The notes: generated from the sequence alone by a model not told the origin. A DNA stretch of 64,000 nt from Rhodospirillales bacterium (GCA_018971565.1 JAGXAO010000002.1:6499-70498), one strand, 5' to 3'. Shown: positions 39,780-50,350, counted from the stretch's first letter. Made by a program: numbers and translations.

Positions 39780-41213
39780 TTACTCCGCGGCCTGCGCCTG
39801 ACGGGCGGCCTGAAATTGACGATGAATGGCGGCGGCGGCATCGCGCCCGTCGCGGATGGCCCAGACAACCAGCGAGGCGCCACGCACGATATCTCCGGCG
39901 GCGAACACGCCAGGCAGAGAGGTCTCGAAGCTGCGCGGATTCACCTTCAGCGTACCCCAGCCGGTAAGTTTCAATGCCGGTTCATTGAACGCGATGGGCA
40001 GTTCCTCGGGGTCAAAGCCCAGCGCCTTGATGACAACATCCGCCTTGATGGTGAAGGAAGAGCCTTCGATCGTCTCAACAGACTGCCTCCCTGACGCATC
40101 TGGCAAACCAAGATGCATACGCATAGCGCGTACGCCTGTTACCTTGTCATCGCCCAGGAACATTTCCGGCGCTGAGAGCCAGGCAAAATTTACGCCTTCC
40201 TCCTCTGCATTTTTCACTTCACGCAGAGAGCCTGGCATATTCTGCTTGTCGCGCCGGTAGAGGCAGGTGACCGATTTCGCATTCTGGCGAATTGCCGTGC
40301 GGACGCAATCCATTGCTGTGTCGCCGCCGCCAATTACCACCACATCCTTGCCGGCGGCATTCAGCAGGCCGGAATCATAGTCCGGCACCGCATCGCCCAG
40401 GCTTTTACGGTTGGAGGTGATGAGAAAGTCCAACGCCTTGACGATGCCGGGCAGGCCGGAACCAGGGCCGCCGATCTCGCGGGCTTTATAAACGCCGGTG
40501 GCGATCAACACCGCGTCGTGCTTTTCACGAAGTTCTGAGAATGGGAGCGCGCCACCGATATCTGCATTCAGCACGAACTTCACTCCGCCTTCCTCCAGCC
40601 ATTTCCAGCGGCGGAGCACGATGTCTTTCTCCAGCTTGAAGCCGGGAATGCCATAAATCAGCAGGCCGCCTACACGGTCGTGCCGGTCGTAAACGGTAAC
40701 CTGATAACCTTGGGCTCGCAGCCGCTCTGCCGCCGCCAGGCCCGCAGGGCCGGAGCCGACGATTCCGACAGTTTCAATACGCTCCGATAAGGGGGCGATC
40801 GGCTTCACCCAATTATTCTCGAAAGCGGTATCGGTAATATAGCGTTCAACCGCGCCTATCGTGACCGAGTCGAAGCCTTTTTCGATAACGCAATTGCCCT
40901 CACACAGCCGGTCCTGCGGGCAGATGCGCCCACAAATTTCAGGAAATGTGTTGGTTGCAGCGGAAAGCTCATACGCTTCCTCAAGCCGGCCCTCGGCTGT
41001 GAGCTTCAGCCAATCCGGGATGTTGTTGGAAAGCGGGCAATGCACCTGGCAGAACGGAATACCACATTGCGAGCAGCGGCTGGCTTGCTGTGCGGCCGCC
41101 TCCGGCTGGAAATCATCGTAAATTTCCTGAAAATCTCCACGGCGCGTTTCCGCCGGGCGTTTCTCAGGCGTCTGCTGGGGCAGGTTGATGAATTTCAGCA
41201 TCCGTTCGGCCAT
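39780..41213 (-). CDS. gltD: glutamate synthase (NADPH) small subunit
   Basis: N-terminal Fe-S cysteine clusters (CSQCGIPFCQVHCP) and two dinucleotide folds (GIVGSGPAGLAAA, VIGGGDTAMDC). Lies upstream of gltB with a 5-nt gap. Confidence 0.95.
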   Translation of the reverse strand: MAERMLKFINLPQQTPEKRPAETRRGDFQEIYDDFQPEAAAQQASRCSQCGIPFCQVHCPLSNNIPDWLKLTAEGRLEEAYELSAATNTFPEICGRICPQDRLCEGNCVIEKGFDSVTIGAVERYITDTAFENNWVKPIAPLSERIETVGIVGSGPAGLAAAERLRAQGYQVTVYDRHDRVGGLLIYGIPGFKLEKDIVLRRWKWLEEGGVKFVLNADIGGALPFSELREKHDAVLIATGVYKAREIGGPGSGLPGIVKALDFLITSNRKSLGDAVPDYDSGLLNAAGKDVVVIGGGDTAMDCVRTAIRQNAKSVTCLYRRDKQNMPGSLREVKNAEEEGVNFAWLSAPEMFLGDDKVTGVRAMRMHLGLPDASGRQSVETIEGSSFTIKADVVIKALGFDPEELPIAFNEPALKLTGWGTLKVNPRSFETSLPGVFAAGDIVRGASLVVWAIRDGRDAAAAIHRQFQAARQAQAAE

Positions 41214-41411
41214 TTATCTCGCTCGCAAACAAAGGTAGGACGCCGCAAGCAGCGCCCTGCAGGGTAATGCCCCGCTCTTAACGAGATTTCTGACGGAATG
41301 CCAAGGATTTTTTTAAATTAGTTACCTTATGCTGACACATTTTATCAAAGAATCACGCAAAGCAAGACTTCGATAAAGCAAATCCGATCGAATTTAGGTA
41401 TTAAGTCGGTA

Positions 41412-42350
41412 CTATTCATGATAAATGTCACCGCTACGGCGCCCGCCAATACGATAGCGCGCCAGGTACTGCGGCAGAATGAGGTCCATCGGCGTGGCGG
41501 CGATTCCAAGATCCGGCAGCCCCGGCATACCGTGCGACACCACATTATCCTCGGCCAGCAGGGTAATCTGATCAGCAGTCAGCCCGGAACCTGGGATCAT
41601 CGCCGCCAGCCTGGCAAGGCCCAGAGGCATATCCCACAAGCAAGGTTTACGCTCGATAATCGCCAGCATGTGCTTGATGAGGGCGATGAAGGATTTTTGC
41701 TCGGGGCCACCCAGCTCGAACAATTTACCCACCCCTGATGGCCCGAGTGCTGCCAGCACAGCATCTGCGACGTTAGCGGCATAAACTGGCTGAAACTTGG
41801 TTTTGCCATGCACAACCGGCAGGATTGGAGACACCACTGCCATTTTTGCGAAACGGTTGAAAAAATTATCTTCCGGTCCAAAGATTATGGAAGGGCGAAG
41901 AATGGCGGCCTGCGGGTGCGCGTTTCTAACGGCTTCCTCCCCCTCCCCCTTGCTGCGGGCATAAACCGAAGGGCTGGCAGGGTTGGCGCCGATGGCCGAA
42001 ACATGCACAAACCCAGCGCCCGCGGCGCGGGCCAGCCGTGCCACCCGGCCAGCCCCTTCAGCATGAGTGCTCTGAAAATCACCCTTGCGTGATTCCGAGA
42101 GAATGCCTGCGAGGTTGATAACCACATCAGCTCCCTCGATGGCGCGGGCCGCCAACGCCTCGTTGGATACGGGCGCATAGAGTGCGACAATCTGCCCCGC
42201 AGCACCCATTGGGCGAAGAATTTTCGCCGCTTCGGTATCGCGCACGGCGGCACGAACGACATAGCCGCGCGCGGCCAGCCGTTGCACAATATACCGTCCC
42301 AAAAATCCGGAAGCGCCAAAAACCGTGGCGATTTTGCGTTCAGACAGCAT
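41412..42350 (-). CDS. complex I NDUFA9-like NAD(P)H-binding SDR family protein
   Basis: ATVFGASGFLGRYIV Rossmann start and YARSKGEGE catalytic Y-x-x-x-K. Start set at MLSERK. Confidence 0.85.
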   Translation of the reverse strand: MLSERKIATVFGASGFLGRYIVQRLAARGYVVRAAVRDTEAAKILRPMGAAGQIVALYAPVSNEALAARAIEGADVVINLAGILSESRKGDFQSTHAEGAGRVARLARAAGAGFVHVSAIGANPASPSVYARSKGEGEEAVRNAHPQAAILRPSIIFGPEDNFFNRFAKMAVVSPILPVVHGKTKFQPVYAANVADAVLAALGPSGVGKLFELGGPEQKSFIALIKHMLAIIERKPCLWDMPLGLARLAAMIPGSGLTADQITLLAEDNVVSHGMPGLPDLGIAATPMDLILPQYLARYRIGGRRSGDIYHE

Positions 42351-42506
42351 ACAGGCCCCTTCTCTGTTTCTCGACACTTGTAGGCCGCGGCAAAAACACG
42401 CTCAAGCCATGTTGACGCCGGATTGAGGGAGAGTTAAACGCCGCTCCCACGGTGCTTCGGCACTGGTGGCGAACCGGGCAACCGGAACGCTTGAAAAAAT
42501 GGTCAG

Positions 42507-42593
42507 GCCCAGGTGGCGGAATTGGTAGACGCACTAGCTTCAGGTGCTAGCGCTCGCAAGGGCGTGGAGGTTCGAGTCCTCTCCTGGGCACCA
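42507..42593 (+). tRNA. tRNA-Leu (anticodon CAG)
   Basis: GCCCAGGTGGCGGAATTGGTAGACGCACTAGCTTCAGGTGCTAGCGCTCGCAAGGGCGTGGAGGTTCGAGTCCTCTCCTGGGCACCA. Class II tRNA with long variable arm, anticodon loop TT-CAG-GT and an encoded CCA. Confidence 0.9.
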
Positions 42594-42625
42594 TTTTTTA
42601 CTTCCTTTCACAGCCAGGTGAAAAA

Positions 42626-43255
42626 ATGAGCGGCATCACGCTCCATAAGCATGATCTGCCGGCGGGGCTCGATTTTGGGCCCGTTGTGGCCGTGGACACT
42701 GAGACCATGGGATTGAACCCGCACCGGGACAGGCTTTGCCTGGTGCAATTCTCCTCTGGAGACGGTACGGCTCATCTTGTACAGATTATCCCCAAATCTC
42801 TCGGCGGCCGGGGTGGGAATTGCCACAATCTCAAGGCATTGCTTGCAAACCCTGATGTAACAAAATTATTCCATTATGGCCGTTTCGATATTGCGGCCCT
42901 GTATAACGCCCTTGGCGTGCTTGCGGCCCCCGTAATCTGCACCAAAATCGCCTCCAAGCTCGTACGCACCTACACCGATCGGCATGGATTGAAGGATTTA
43001 TGCAAGGATCTGGCGGGGGTTGATATTTCCAAGCAACAGCAGACCAGCAATTGGGGCGCGCTGGAACTAAGCCCCGAGCAGCTAACCTATGCGGCTTCGG
43101 ATGTGCTGTATCTGCACAAAATCTGGGAGCAACTGAGCGCGATGCTGGTGAGAGAAAACCGGCTGGATATTGCCGAGGCAGCCTTCAACTTTCTGCCCAC
43201 GCGCGCGCGGCTCGACCTGCTTGGTTATGTTGAGCCTGATATCTTCACACATTAA
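42626..43255 (+). CDS. ribonuclease D-like 3'-5' exonuclease (DEDDy, single domain)
   Basis: ExoI VAVDTETMGL, plus FHYGRFDIAAL and YAASDVLYL blocks. Confidence 0.85.
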   Translation: MSGITLHKHDLPAGLDFGPVVAVDTETMGLNPHRDRLCLVQFSSGDGTAHLVQIIPKSLGGRGGNCHNLKALLANPDVTKLFHYGRFDIAALYNALGVLAAPVICTKIASKLVRTYTDRHGLKDLCKDLAGVDISKQQQTSNWGALELSPEQLTYAASDVLYLHKIWEQLSAMLVRENRLDIAEAAFNFLPTRARLDLLGYVEPDIFTH

Positions 43256-43438
43256 GGCAACGTTACACAGGGTTGCGTATATCGTGTTGACCGGCGCGGC
43301 CGGGCTAGCCATACCGTATCTTATGATTCGCCTCGCCCTACATCGTCGTAGACGTGGCTGCCCTGCTCCCGCCTTAATTCGCGGGCATGAGGATGCCATG
43401 ACTACCGATCCGTCAGTTTCGGCGATGCCGGGTATGGT

Positions 43439-44104
43439 GTGCGCATGAATCACATCCATAATGTTCCCCGGCATTCTGTTCTGGATGAAATTCGCCGCCA
43501 ACGGCAGCAAGCGCAAACAAACATCGCCAGGCGCAGCCTGCGCGTAACTCTGCTCAAGCGTGCATTGCCGGCGGCGGCACTGTTGTTACTGGCGGCATTG
43601 GCCCTCGCTCCTTCCTGGCAATCTGGCCCAGATGCGAACCGGGTTACGTATCACGTCTCGCAATCCACCGGCGCCACCACCTCGCGTATGCAAGGGGCAA
43701 CTTATCACGGGCGCGACCAACAGGGGCAGCCCTATACCGTAACAGCCGCAAGCGCCGTGCAAAAAGGGCAGAACAACGTAGCCCTTACCACGCCTGAAGG
43801 CGATATCACGCTCAAATCTGGCGCTTGGCTGATGCTCAGATCCGCAACCGGCGATTATAACCAGCAAAGTGACACGCTCAACCTGAATGGCGGTGTAACG
43901 CTTTACCGTAACGACGGCACGATTGTGACGACAAAGGACAGCGCCATTGATCTGCGCCAGGGCGGTGCACACAGCACCAGCCCCGTGCAGGTAACGGGGC
44001 CGTTTGGTACTCTCAATGCCCAGAACGGATTTAGCCTGACCGGAAAGGGTGATAAAATAACTTTCCATGGCCCAGCCACACTGACGCTTTCCCAGGCACG
44101 ATGA
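43439..44104 (+). CDS. lptC: LPS export system protein LptC
   Basis: N-terminal TM anchor, then an OstA-like beta-jellyroll. Sits immediately upstream of lptA-lptB with a 4-nt overlap. Confidence 0.8.
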   Translation: MRMNHIHNVPRHSVLDEIRRQRQQAQTNIARRSLRVTLLKRALPAAALLLLAALALAPSWQSGPDANRVTYHVSQSTGATTSRMQGATYHGRDQQGQPYTVTAASAVQKGQNNVALTTPEGDITLKSGAWLMLRSATGDYNQQSDTLNLNGGVTLYRNDGTIVTTKDSAIDLRQGGAHSTSPVQVTGPFGTLNAQNGFSLTGKGDKITFHGPATLTLSQAR

Positions 44105-44997
44105 AGCAGTTTTATCTTCTATCGGTCATGGCCTGCGCGGCCTCGCCGGCTTTTGCGCAAGACCTTAATCTGGGCGGCGCGCCAAACGCAGCCCCTGTAC
44201 CAATCCAGATCACAGCTTCCCAAGGCATAACCTGGTCGCAAGATGCCCAGACCGTGACGGCATCCGGCAATGCCAAGGCCGTGCGGGGCAATGTTACCGT
44301 GACGGCGGATGAACTGGTGGCGCATTATGTTAAAAAGCCCGGCACCGCCAGCCAGCCGGAAGACGCCAACGCAAATGCCGCCAGCCCGCTTGACCAAGGC
44401 AGCTCTCAGTTGACCGAACTGGACGCGATTGGCCATGTGCATGTTTATAGCACGACTGATAATGCCTGGGGCGACCGTGCGGTTTATTCGGTTGGGCAGC
44501 AGGTGCTGGTTTTAGTTGGGCAAAACCTGAAATTGACCACACCGCAGGATGTAGTTACCGCCAGAGATTCAATTGAATATTACGCGGGTGAGCATAAGGC
44601 CATTGCGCGTGGCGATGCGTTGATTGTGGCGAGTGATGGGCGCTCCATCGCGGCGGATGTTATAACTGGTTATTTTGACAGCCAGGCAAGCAGCGGCAAA
44701 ACACAGCCGGCCGCACAGAATACCGATGCGCTGAGCCAGAGCGGAAACCTCAAGCGTGTGGAAGCGGTTGGCCATGTGGTTATCAAAACACAGAGCGACA
44801 CCGCCACGGGCGACAGCGGCGTTTATCTGCCCCCCACCGGCCAAGCGCGGTTAGGCGGAAATGTGCATATCATCCATGGCCAGAATGAGCTCGCGGGCTC
44901 TGACGCGCTGGTGAACATGAAAACCGGCATTGCCACACTTCTGGCCGGGCCAGGCGGCCAGGTTTCCGGCGTAATCCTCCCGGGATCGGGGAAGTGA
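44101..44997 (+). CDS. lptA: LPS transport periplasmic protein LptA (OstA family, long form)
   Basis: Signal peptide ...SPAFAQ. Repeated OstA_N-type beta strands (GNAKAVRGNVTVTADELV..., GDALIVASDGRSIAADVI...). Confidence 0.8.
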   Translation: MKQFYLLSVMACAASPAFAQDLNLGGAPNAAPVPIQITASQGITWSQDAQTVTASGNAKAVRGNVTVTADELVAHYVKKPGTASQPEDANANAASPLDQGSSQLTELDAIGHVHVYSTTDNAWGDRAVYSVGQQVLVLVGQNLKLTTPQDVVTARDSIEYYAGEHKAIARGDALIVASDGRSIAADVITGYFDSQASSGKTQPAAQNTDALSQSGNLKRVEAVGHVVIKTQSDTATGDSGVYLPPTGQARLGGNVHIIHGQNELAGSDALVNMKTGIATLLAGPGGQVSGVILPGSGK

Positions 44998-44998
44998 G

Positions 44999-45778
44999 AT
45001 GACCAGCTCCGTAATAAGCAGCGAGCAGACCAGCCGCGTATCTGTTCCCGGTGGTGACACAGGGCTGGTGGCCAGCGGGCTTGGCAAACGGTTTAAAAAA
45101 CGCCCCGTGGTGCGCAATGTTTCGCTTTCCGTACGGCGGGGGGAAGCTGTGGGCCTGCTTGGGCCAAATGGCGCGGGTAAAACCACAACATTTTACATGA
45201 TCGTCGGGTTGATCGGGTCAGATTCCGGCACCATCGCATTGGATGGCATGGAAATTTCAAATCTGCCCATGTACCGGCGCGCCCGGCTGGGCATTGGCTA
45301 TCTGCCGCAGGAGGCCAGCGTTTTCCGTGGCCTGAATGTCGAGCAGAACATCATGGCGGCCCTGGACATGGTGGAACCTGACGCGAGCAGGCGCGAGGAA
45401 ATGCTTACCGAACTTCTGGCGGAATTTGGCATTTCACATCTGCGCCGTACCCCTGCCCTCGCCCTTTCCGGCGGTGAGCGCCGGCGTGTGGAGATCGCGC
45501 GGGCGTTGGCAACAGGCCCCAACTACATCCTGCTGGATGAGCCGCTGGCCGGTATCGACCCCATAGCGGTTGGTGAAATCCGTGATCTTGTGGCGCATTT
45601 GAAGCATCGGGGCCTCGGCGTGCTCATCACCGACCATAACGTACGCGAGACGCTGGAAATCATCGACCGGGCCTATATTCTTTACGATGGCCAGGTGCTG
45701 ATGGAAGGTAACCCGGAAGAAGTGGTGGCGCATGAGGATGTACGCCGGGTTTATTTGGGTGAGAAGTTTAGCCTTTAA
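44999..45778 (+). CDS. lptB: LPS export ABC transporter ATP-binding protein LptB
   Basis: Walker A GPNGAGKTT, signature LSGGERRRVEIARAL, Walker B ILLDEP. Confidence 0.95.
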   Translation: MTSSVISSEQTSRVSVPGGDTGLVASGLGKRFKKRPVVRNVSLSVRRGEAVGLLGPNGAGKTTTFYMIVGLIGSDSGTIALDGMEISNLPMYRRARLGIGYLPQEASVFRGLNVEQNIMAALDMVEPDASRREEMLTELLAEFGISHLRRTPALALSGGERRRVEIARALATGPNYILLDEPLAGIDPIAVGEIRDLVAHLKHRGLGVLITDHNVRETLEIIDRAYILYDGQVLMEGNPEEVVAHEDVRRVYLGEKFSL

Positions 45779-45860
45779 TCGTTGATTCGCGTGCTTACGG
45801 CGGCCAAGCATTTTTCGCGCCAAAAGCCATTGGAAAAAACTTAAAACCGCGTTAGCATCT

Positions 45861-45876
45861 TGGCATGGCTTTTGCT
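45861..45876 (+). promoter_or_regulatory. sigma-54 -24/-12-like element overlapping the rpoN start codon
   Basis: TGGCATG-GCTT-TTGCT versus consensus TGGCACG-N4-TTGCW gives one mismatch with correct GG/GC spacing. The ATG inside it is the rpoN start. Function is unproven. Confidence 0.3.
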
Positions 45877-47358
45877 CCATCCTACGCGCCGCGCTTGGAT
45901 CTTCGCCAGTCCCAGTCCCTGGTAATGACCCCGCAGCTGCGCCAGGCGATTCAGCTGTTGCAGTTTTCCAATTTGGAAGCCAGTGCGTTCATCGAAGATG
46001 AATTGCTTAAAAATCCGTTGCTTGAATGTGAAACCGGAGGCGAAACCGCAACCGCTATTGAAACGCGGACGGAAGCATCAGCCAAGATTCCGGATGATCC
46101 GGCGAGCATCGCCGCCGCTGGAATGTTACCGGATTCCACTACGACTTCGCTCGATCTGGATACCAGCAATGTGTACGACGCAGGAACAAATGCCGATGGC
46201 TATGGCGCGGCGGAGTTTTCTGGTGATGGGGACGATTGGAATCCACTTGAAGCATTGGGGGCGGAACGGCCTTGCTTGCGCGAACATCTGGAGCAGCAGG
46301 CCCGCCTTGCTTTTTCCGGGCGCGAGGATTTGACCATCGCCAGGGCTATGATCGTGGCACTGGACCCGGCAGGACGATTGGGAGACACGCCGGAGGCAAT
46401 GGCCTTGGCCCTCGGTGTGGAGCTTTCGCGTTTTGAGGCCGTGCGCGGCATCATGATGCGTTTTGACCCGGTGGGCGTATTTGCCACAAACCTGGCCGAA
46501 TGCCTGGCTGTACAATTGGCAGACCAGAATCGGCTGGACCCGGCGATGCAGGCGCTGCTGGACAATCTGGAGATGCTGGCCCGCCGCGAAATGCGGGCTT
46601 TGCTGGATATTTGTGGCGTGGATGCGGCTGACCTGGCCGACATGGTGGCTGAGCTGAAGCGGCTGGACCCGAAACCTGGCGCGAAATTCGATTCCGAACC
46701 ACTGCGCCCGCTTATCCCGGACGTATTGATGCGCCCCGCCCCGGTGGCGGAGGATGGGGCGCCAGATTGGCTGCTCGAGATAAACCCTGAAACCATGCCG
46801 CGGCTGCTTATCCGGCGCGGGTTTCATGCCAGGCTGGCGGCTTCGGCCAATAAGGAAACAAAAAGCTTCCTTTCTGAGCAGCTACAAGGCGCGAACTGGC
46901 TCGTGAAAGCGCTGGAATCCCGTGCACAGACCATTTTACGGGTCTCGGCCGAGATTGTGCGCCGGCAGGACGGTTTTTTCCGCCACGGCATCTCGCATCT
47001 GCGGCCATTAACCCTGCGGGACATCGCCGCCGAGGTGGAGCTGCATGAGAGTACCGTGAGCCGTGTGACCTCCAACAAATCCATCGCAACGCCACGGGGC
47101 ATTTTCGAGCTGAAATTCTTCTTTACCACCGCCCTTGCGGGGGCGAATGGGGAAACGCACTCAGCCGAAACCGTGCGTCATCGTGTAGCGCAGATAATCA
47201 ATGCCGAAAAACCAAAAAATATTTTGTCGGATGACGCTGTGGCAGCCATATTACAGAAAGAAGGCATAGACATAGCACGGCGTACCGTGGCCAAATACAG
47301 AGAAGCGCTGCGCATCCCCGGCTCGGCGCAGCGCAGGCGGGAAAAAATGCCCGCATAG
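45865..47358 (+). CDS. rpoN: RNA polymerase sigma-54 factor RpoN
   Basis: Region I LRQSQSLVMTPQLRQAIQLLQ, acidic region II, HTH and RpoN box ARRTVAKYR. Confidence 0.97.
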   Translation: MAFAPSYAPRLDLRQSQSLVMTPQLRQAIQLLQFSNLEASAFIEDELLKNPLLECETGGETATAIETRTEASAKIPDDPASIAAAGMLPDSTTTSLDLDTSNVYDAGTNADGYGAAEFSGDGDDWNPLEALGAERPCLREHLEQQARLAFSGREDLTIARAMIVALDPAGRLGDTPEAMALALGVELSRFEAVRGIMMRFDPVGVFATNLAECLAVQLADQNRLDPAMQALLDNLEMLARREMRALLDICGVDAADLADMVAELKRLDPKPGAKFDSEPLRPLIPDVLMRPAPVAEDGAPDWLLEINPETMPRLLIRRGFHARLAASANKETKSFLSEQLQGANWLVKALESRAQTILRVSAEIVRRQDGFFRHGISHLRPLTLRDIAAEVELHESTVSRVTSNKSIATPRGIFELKFFFTTALAGANGETHSAETVRHRVAQIINAEKPKNILSDDAVAAILQKEGIDIARRTVAKYREALRIPGSAQRRREKMPA

Positions 47359-47424
47359 CAAGGCTTAAGGAAGGAGTAGCCTTGCGAAACCAAGATTACG
47401 AGCCGGTTTGTTCGGGAGAAGACC

Positions 47425-48030
47425 ATGCAACTAACGGTCTCAGGTAAACAAGTCGATCTGTCCGACGCCCTGCGCGTACATGTGGACAAGCAACTCGGTA
47501 CAATCACGGCGAAATATTTCGATCAGGCCCTTGAGGCCCAGGTTACTTTCAGCCGTGCCCGCAGTTTTTTCACCTGCGACATTAATCTGCACGCCGGCCG
47601 CGGCATTACCGTACGCGGCGAAGGCGAGGCGGCGGATGCCCGCGCGGCGTTTGAAGACGCGGCCGAACATATCGCCAAGCGGCTTCGCCGTTACCGCAGG
47701 CGCGTCTCCGCGCATCAGCGTGACCTGAACAAGATAAAACCCGAAATGGCCCGCGCCTATGTGTTGGCGCCGGAGGATGAGGAGGAAGACGAACGAGAGG
47801 CCAAGAACGGACATGCTGACGGCATGAAAGCACTCTCGGACGAATTGCACGCCACAATCGTCGCTGAGGACACGACTGCGATTGAAACGCTTACCGTACG
47901 CGATGCGGTTATGAAAATGGATTTGGCTTTCCAGCCATTAATGATGTTTCGCAATTCCAAAACCGGAGGCCTGAACGTTATCTACCGCCGGCCGGACGGG
48001 CATGTGGGCTGGATTGACCCCAAAGCCTGA
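47425..48030 (+). CDS. hpf: ribosome hibernation promoting factor (long HPF)
   Basis: MQLTVSGKQVDLSDALRVHVDKQL N-terminal S30AE domain, acidic linker and C-terminal dimerisation domain. Follows rpoN. Confidence 0.93.
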   Translation: MQLTVSGKQVDLSDALRVHVDKQLGTITAKYFDQALEAQVTFSRARSFFTCDINLHAGRGITVRGEGEAADARAAFEDAAEHIAKRLRRYRRRVSAHQRDLNKIKPEMARAYVLAPEDEEEDEREAKNGHADGMKALSDELHATIVAEDTTAIETLTVRDAVMKMDLAFQPLMMFRNSKTGGLNVIYRRPDGHVGWIDPKA

Positions 48031-48036
48031 TCAACA

Positions 48037-48070
48037 GGAGGTGGCTGGGCATAAAAACCCAGCCGCCTCC
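48037..48070. terminator. 13-bp hairpin between convergent hpf and map
   Basis: GGAGGTGGCTGGG-cataaaaa-CCCAGCCGCCTCC with one G-U pair. No clear U-tract on either side. Confidence 0.45.
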
Positions 48071-48074
48071 GCAA

Positions 48075-48881
48075 CTATTCGTAAGGTGGCTGGGTATAGC
48101 CCTTTGGTGAAACCGTGAAGATTTCAGCCCCTGTATCGGTCACCGCGATCATATGCTCAAACTGAGCGGAAAGAGACCGGTCGCGGGTTACGGCTGTCCA
48201 GCCGTCATCCAGAACTTTCACATCCGGCTTGCCTGCATTCACCATTGGCTCGATAGTGAAAAACATGCCCGGCTTCAGCATCGCACCTTCACCGCGCCGC
48301 CCAAAATGCAGCACGTTGGGCGGTTCGTGAAACCGCTGGCCGATGCCATGGCCACAAAAATCCCGCACCACGGTAAAACGCTGCGCTTCTACATATTGCT
48401 GGATGGCAAAACCGATATCGCCAAAGGTTGCCCCTGGCTTTACCGCGGCGATGCCACGCATCAACGCCTCATAAGTCACCTCGATTAGCCGCCGCGCCCG
48501 GGTATTGGCGTTGCCCGCCACATACATGCGGCTGGAATCGCCGAACCAGCCATCCAGCGTCACCGTTACGTCGATGTTCAGAATATCGCCATCCAGCAGC
48601 TTCCTGTCCCCAGGAATACCATGGCACACAACATGATTGATGGAGGTGCAGATGGATTTTGGAAACCCGCGATAATTCAACGGCGAGGGCACGGCGCCAT
48701 GCGCTAAAATAAAATCGTGGCAAAGCTGGTTCAGCCGCTCCGTGGTTACCCCCGGTTTTACATGCTCTGCGATCATATCCAATGTTTCGGCGGCGAGACG
48801 CCCTGCCGCGCGCATCGGCGCGAAGTCTTCCGGTTTGTAAATAACGATCCGGCGAGAATCGGCACCGCCATCCATCTTCAA
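48075..48881 (-). CDS. map: type I methionyl aminopeptidase
   Basis: Pita-bread fold with metal ligand blocks (DILNIDVT, HGIGQRFHE, FTIEPM). Confidence 0.95.
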   Translation of the reverse strand: MKMDGGADSRRIVIYKPEDFAPMRAAGRLAAETLDMIAEHVKPGVTTERLNQLCHDFILAHGAVPSPLNYRGFPKSICTSINHVVCHGIPGDRKLLDGDILNIDVTVTLDGWFGDSSRMYVAGNANTRARRLIEVTYEALMRGIAAVKPGATFGDIGFAIQQYVEAQRFTVVRDFCGHGIGQRFHEPPNVLHFGRRGEGAMLKPGMFFTIEPMVNAGKPDVKVLDDGWTAVTRDRSLSAQFEHMIAVTDTGAEIFTVSPKGYTQPPYE

Positions 48882-48946
48882 TCTTCCTCAGGTAACTCTG
48901 CCGGGCAACCTAGCACGACCGAAAGCCCCGCCGCAAAGCAAGGCAG

Positions 48947-50350
48947 TTAAATAACCAGCGGCGCGGTCATGGCTCTGGGGTTAACCCATTCATCGAATTG
49001 GGCCTCCGTCAGCGCGCCGCTGGTAAGTGCTGCCTCACGCAGGCTTAATCCCTCGCGATGCGCTCTCAAGGCAATCTCGGCTGATTTGGAGTAGCCGATA
49101 TGCGGATTAAGTGCCGTTACAAGCATGAGGTTGCGGGCAAGATTTTCTTCAATCCTGCTTAACGCCGGCTCAATCCCCTCGGCGCAATGGATGCGGAAAC
49201 TATCCAGCGCATCCGTCAGAATATGAGCTGAGTCCAGGTAGTTACTCAGCATCACCGGCTTGAACACGTTAAGCTGGAAATTGCCCTGGGAGCCGCCAAA
49301 GGCCACTGCATGGTCGTTGCCGAAAACCTGCACGGCCACCATTGTCAGTGCCTCGCACTGGGTGGGGTTGATCTTGCCGGGCATGATTGAGGAACCGGGC
49401 TCGTTTTCAGGAATCAGCAACTCGCCAATGCCGGTGCGCGGGCCGGAGGCATACCAGCGCACATCATTGGCGATTTTCATGGCCGCCCCGGCCAGCACGC
49501 GCAAGGCGCCGGAGGCTGAAACCAGCGCATCATGCGCCGAAAGGGCAGCGAATTTGTTGGGTGCGGAGATGAAAGGATACCCCGTTTCTTCGGCCACGAA
49601 GGCGGCGACGGTGGCGCCAAAATTTGGGTGCGCATTCAGCCCCGTGCCCACCGCCGTGCCGCCGATGGCAAGTTCATACAGCCCCTCCAACGAGGATGTA
49701 ACGAGGGAAGCCGCCTGCTCAAGCTGCGCCTGCCAGCCGGAAATCACCTGCCCCAGCGTAACCGGCGTCGCATCCTGCAAATGGGTGCGTCCGGTCATCA
49801 CCACATCGCCATAGGCAAGGCTTTTGGCTTTTAAAACATCGGCAAGGCGCTTCACGGCAGGCAGCAGCCTGCCCGCCGCCACCTCCACCGCGGCGATGTG
49901 CATCACGGTGGGGAAGGTATCGTTGGAGGATTGGCTGTGGTTAACATCGTCGTTCGGGTTGACCGGCTTTTTGCTGCCGATAATCCCGCCCGCCATCTGG
50001 ATGGCACGGTTAGAGATAACCTCGTTGGCGTTCATGTTGCTCTGCGTGCCAGAGCCGGTCTGAAACACCACCAGCGGAAATTCATCGTCCCATTTGCCGT
50101 CGATCACCTCCTGCGCCGCGGCGATGATGAACCGCGCTTTTTCCCCCGGCAACTGGCCCAGCGCGTCATTGGCGAGCGCGCAGGCTTTCTTCAGAATACC
50201 AAAGCCCCGCACAACATCCCGGCCCCAGACATAGCGGGACCGCCCAATGCGGAAATTCTCCAGGCTGCGTTCTGTCTGCGCGCCCCAGAGGCGATTGGCC
50301 GGAACCTCTACATCGCCCAGCGCGTCATGCTCGATCCGTTTGTCTATCAT
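48947..50350 (-). CDS. fumC: class II fumarate hydratase
   Basis: GSGTQSNMN and SS-loop [37 protein letters not shown] aligns with the E. coli FumC N-terminus, so ATG 50350 is preferred over 50395. Confidence 0.95.
   Translation of the reverse strand: MIDKRIEHDALGDVEVPANRLWGAQTERSLENFRIGRSRYVWGRDVVRGFGILKKACALANDALGQLPGEKARFIIAAAQEVIDGKWDDEFPLVVFQTGSGTQSNMNANEVISNRAIQMAGGIIGSKKPVNPNDDVNHSQSSNDTFPTVMHIAAVEVAAGRLLPAVKRLADVLKAKSLAYGDVVMTGRTHLQDATPVTLGQVISGWQAQLEQAASLVTSSLEGLYELAIGGTAVGTGLNAHPNFGATVAAFVAEETGYPFISAPNKFAALSAHDALVSASGALRVLAGAAMKIANDVRWYASGPRTGIGELLIPENEPGSSIMPGKINPTQCEALTMVAVQVFGNDHAVAFGGSQGNFQLNVFKPVMLSNYLDSAHILTDALDSFRIHCAEGIEPALSRIEENLARNLMLVTALNPHIGYSKSAEIALRAHREGLSLREAALTSGALTEAQFDEWVNPRAMTAPLVI

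Noticed and set aside
41214-41411. 198-bp AT-rich spacer upstream of gltD, examined for an sRNA, a sigma-54 promoter or repeats
   Set aside because: I found no GG-N10-GC match with correct spacing, no stable hairpin and no repeat. It is most simply the gltDB promoter and leader plus the end of the upstream gene.
43256-43438. 183-bp gap before lptC, containing track ORF 43170..43448
   Set aside because: The ORF overlaps the RNase D-like gene end and has no SD or recognisable product. Only weak 5-bp stems are present, so I treat it as the lptCAB promoter region.
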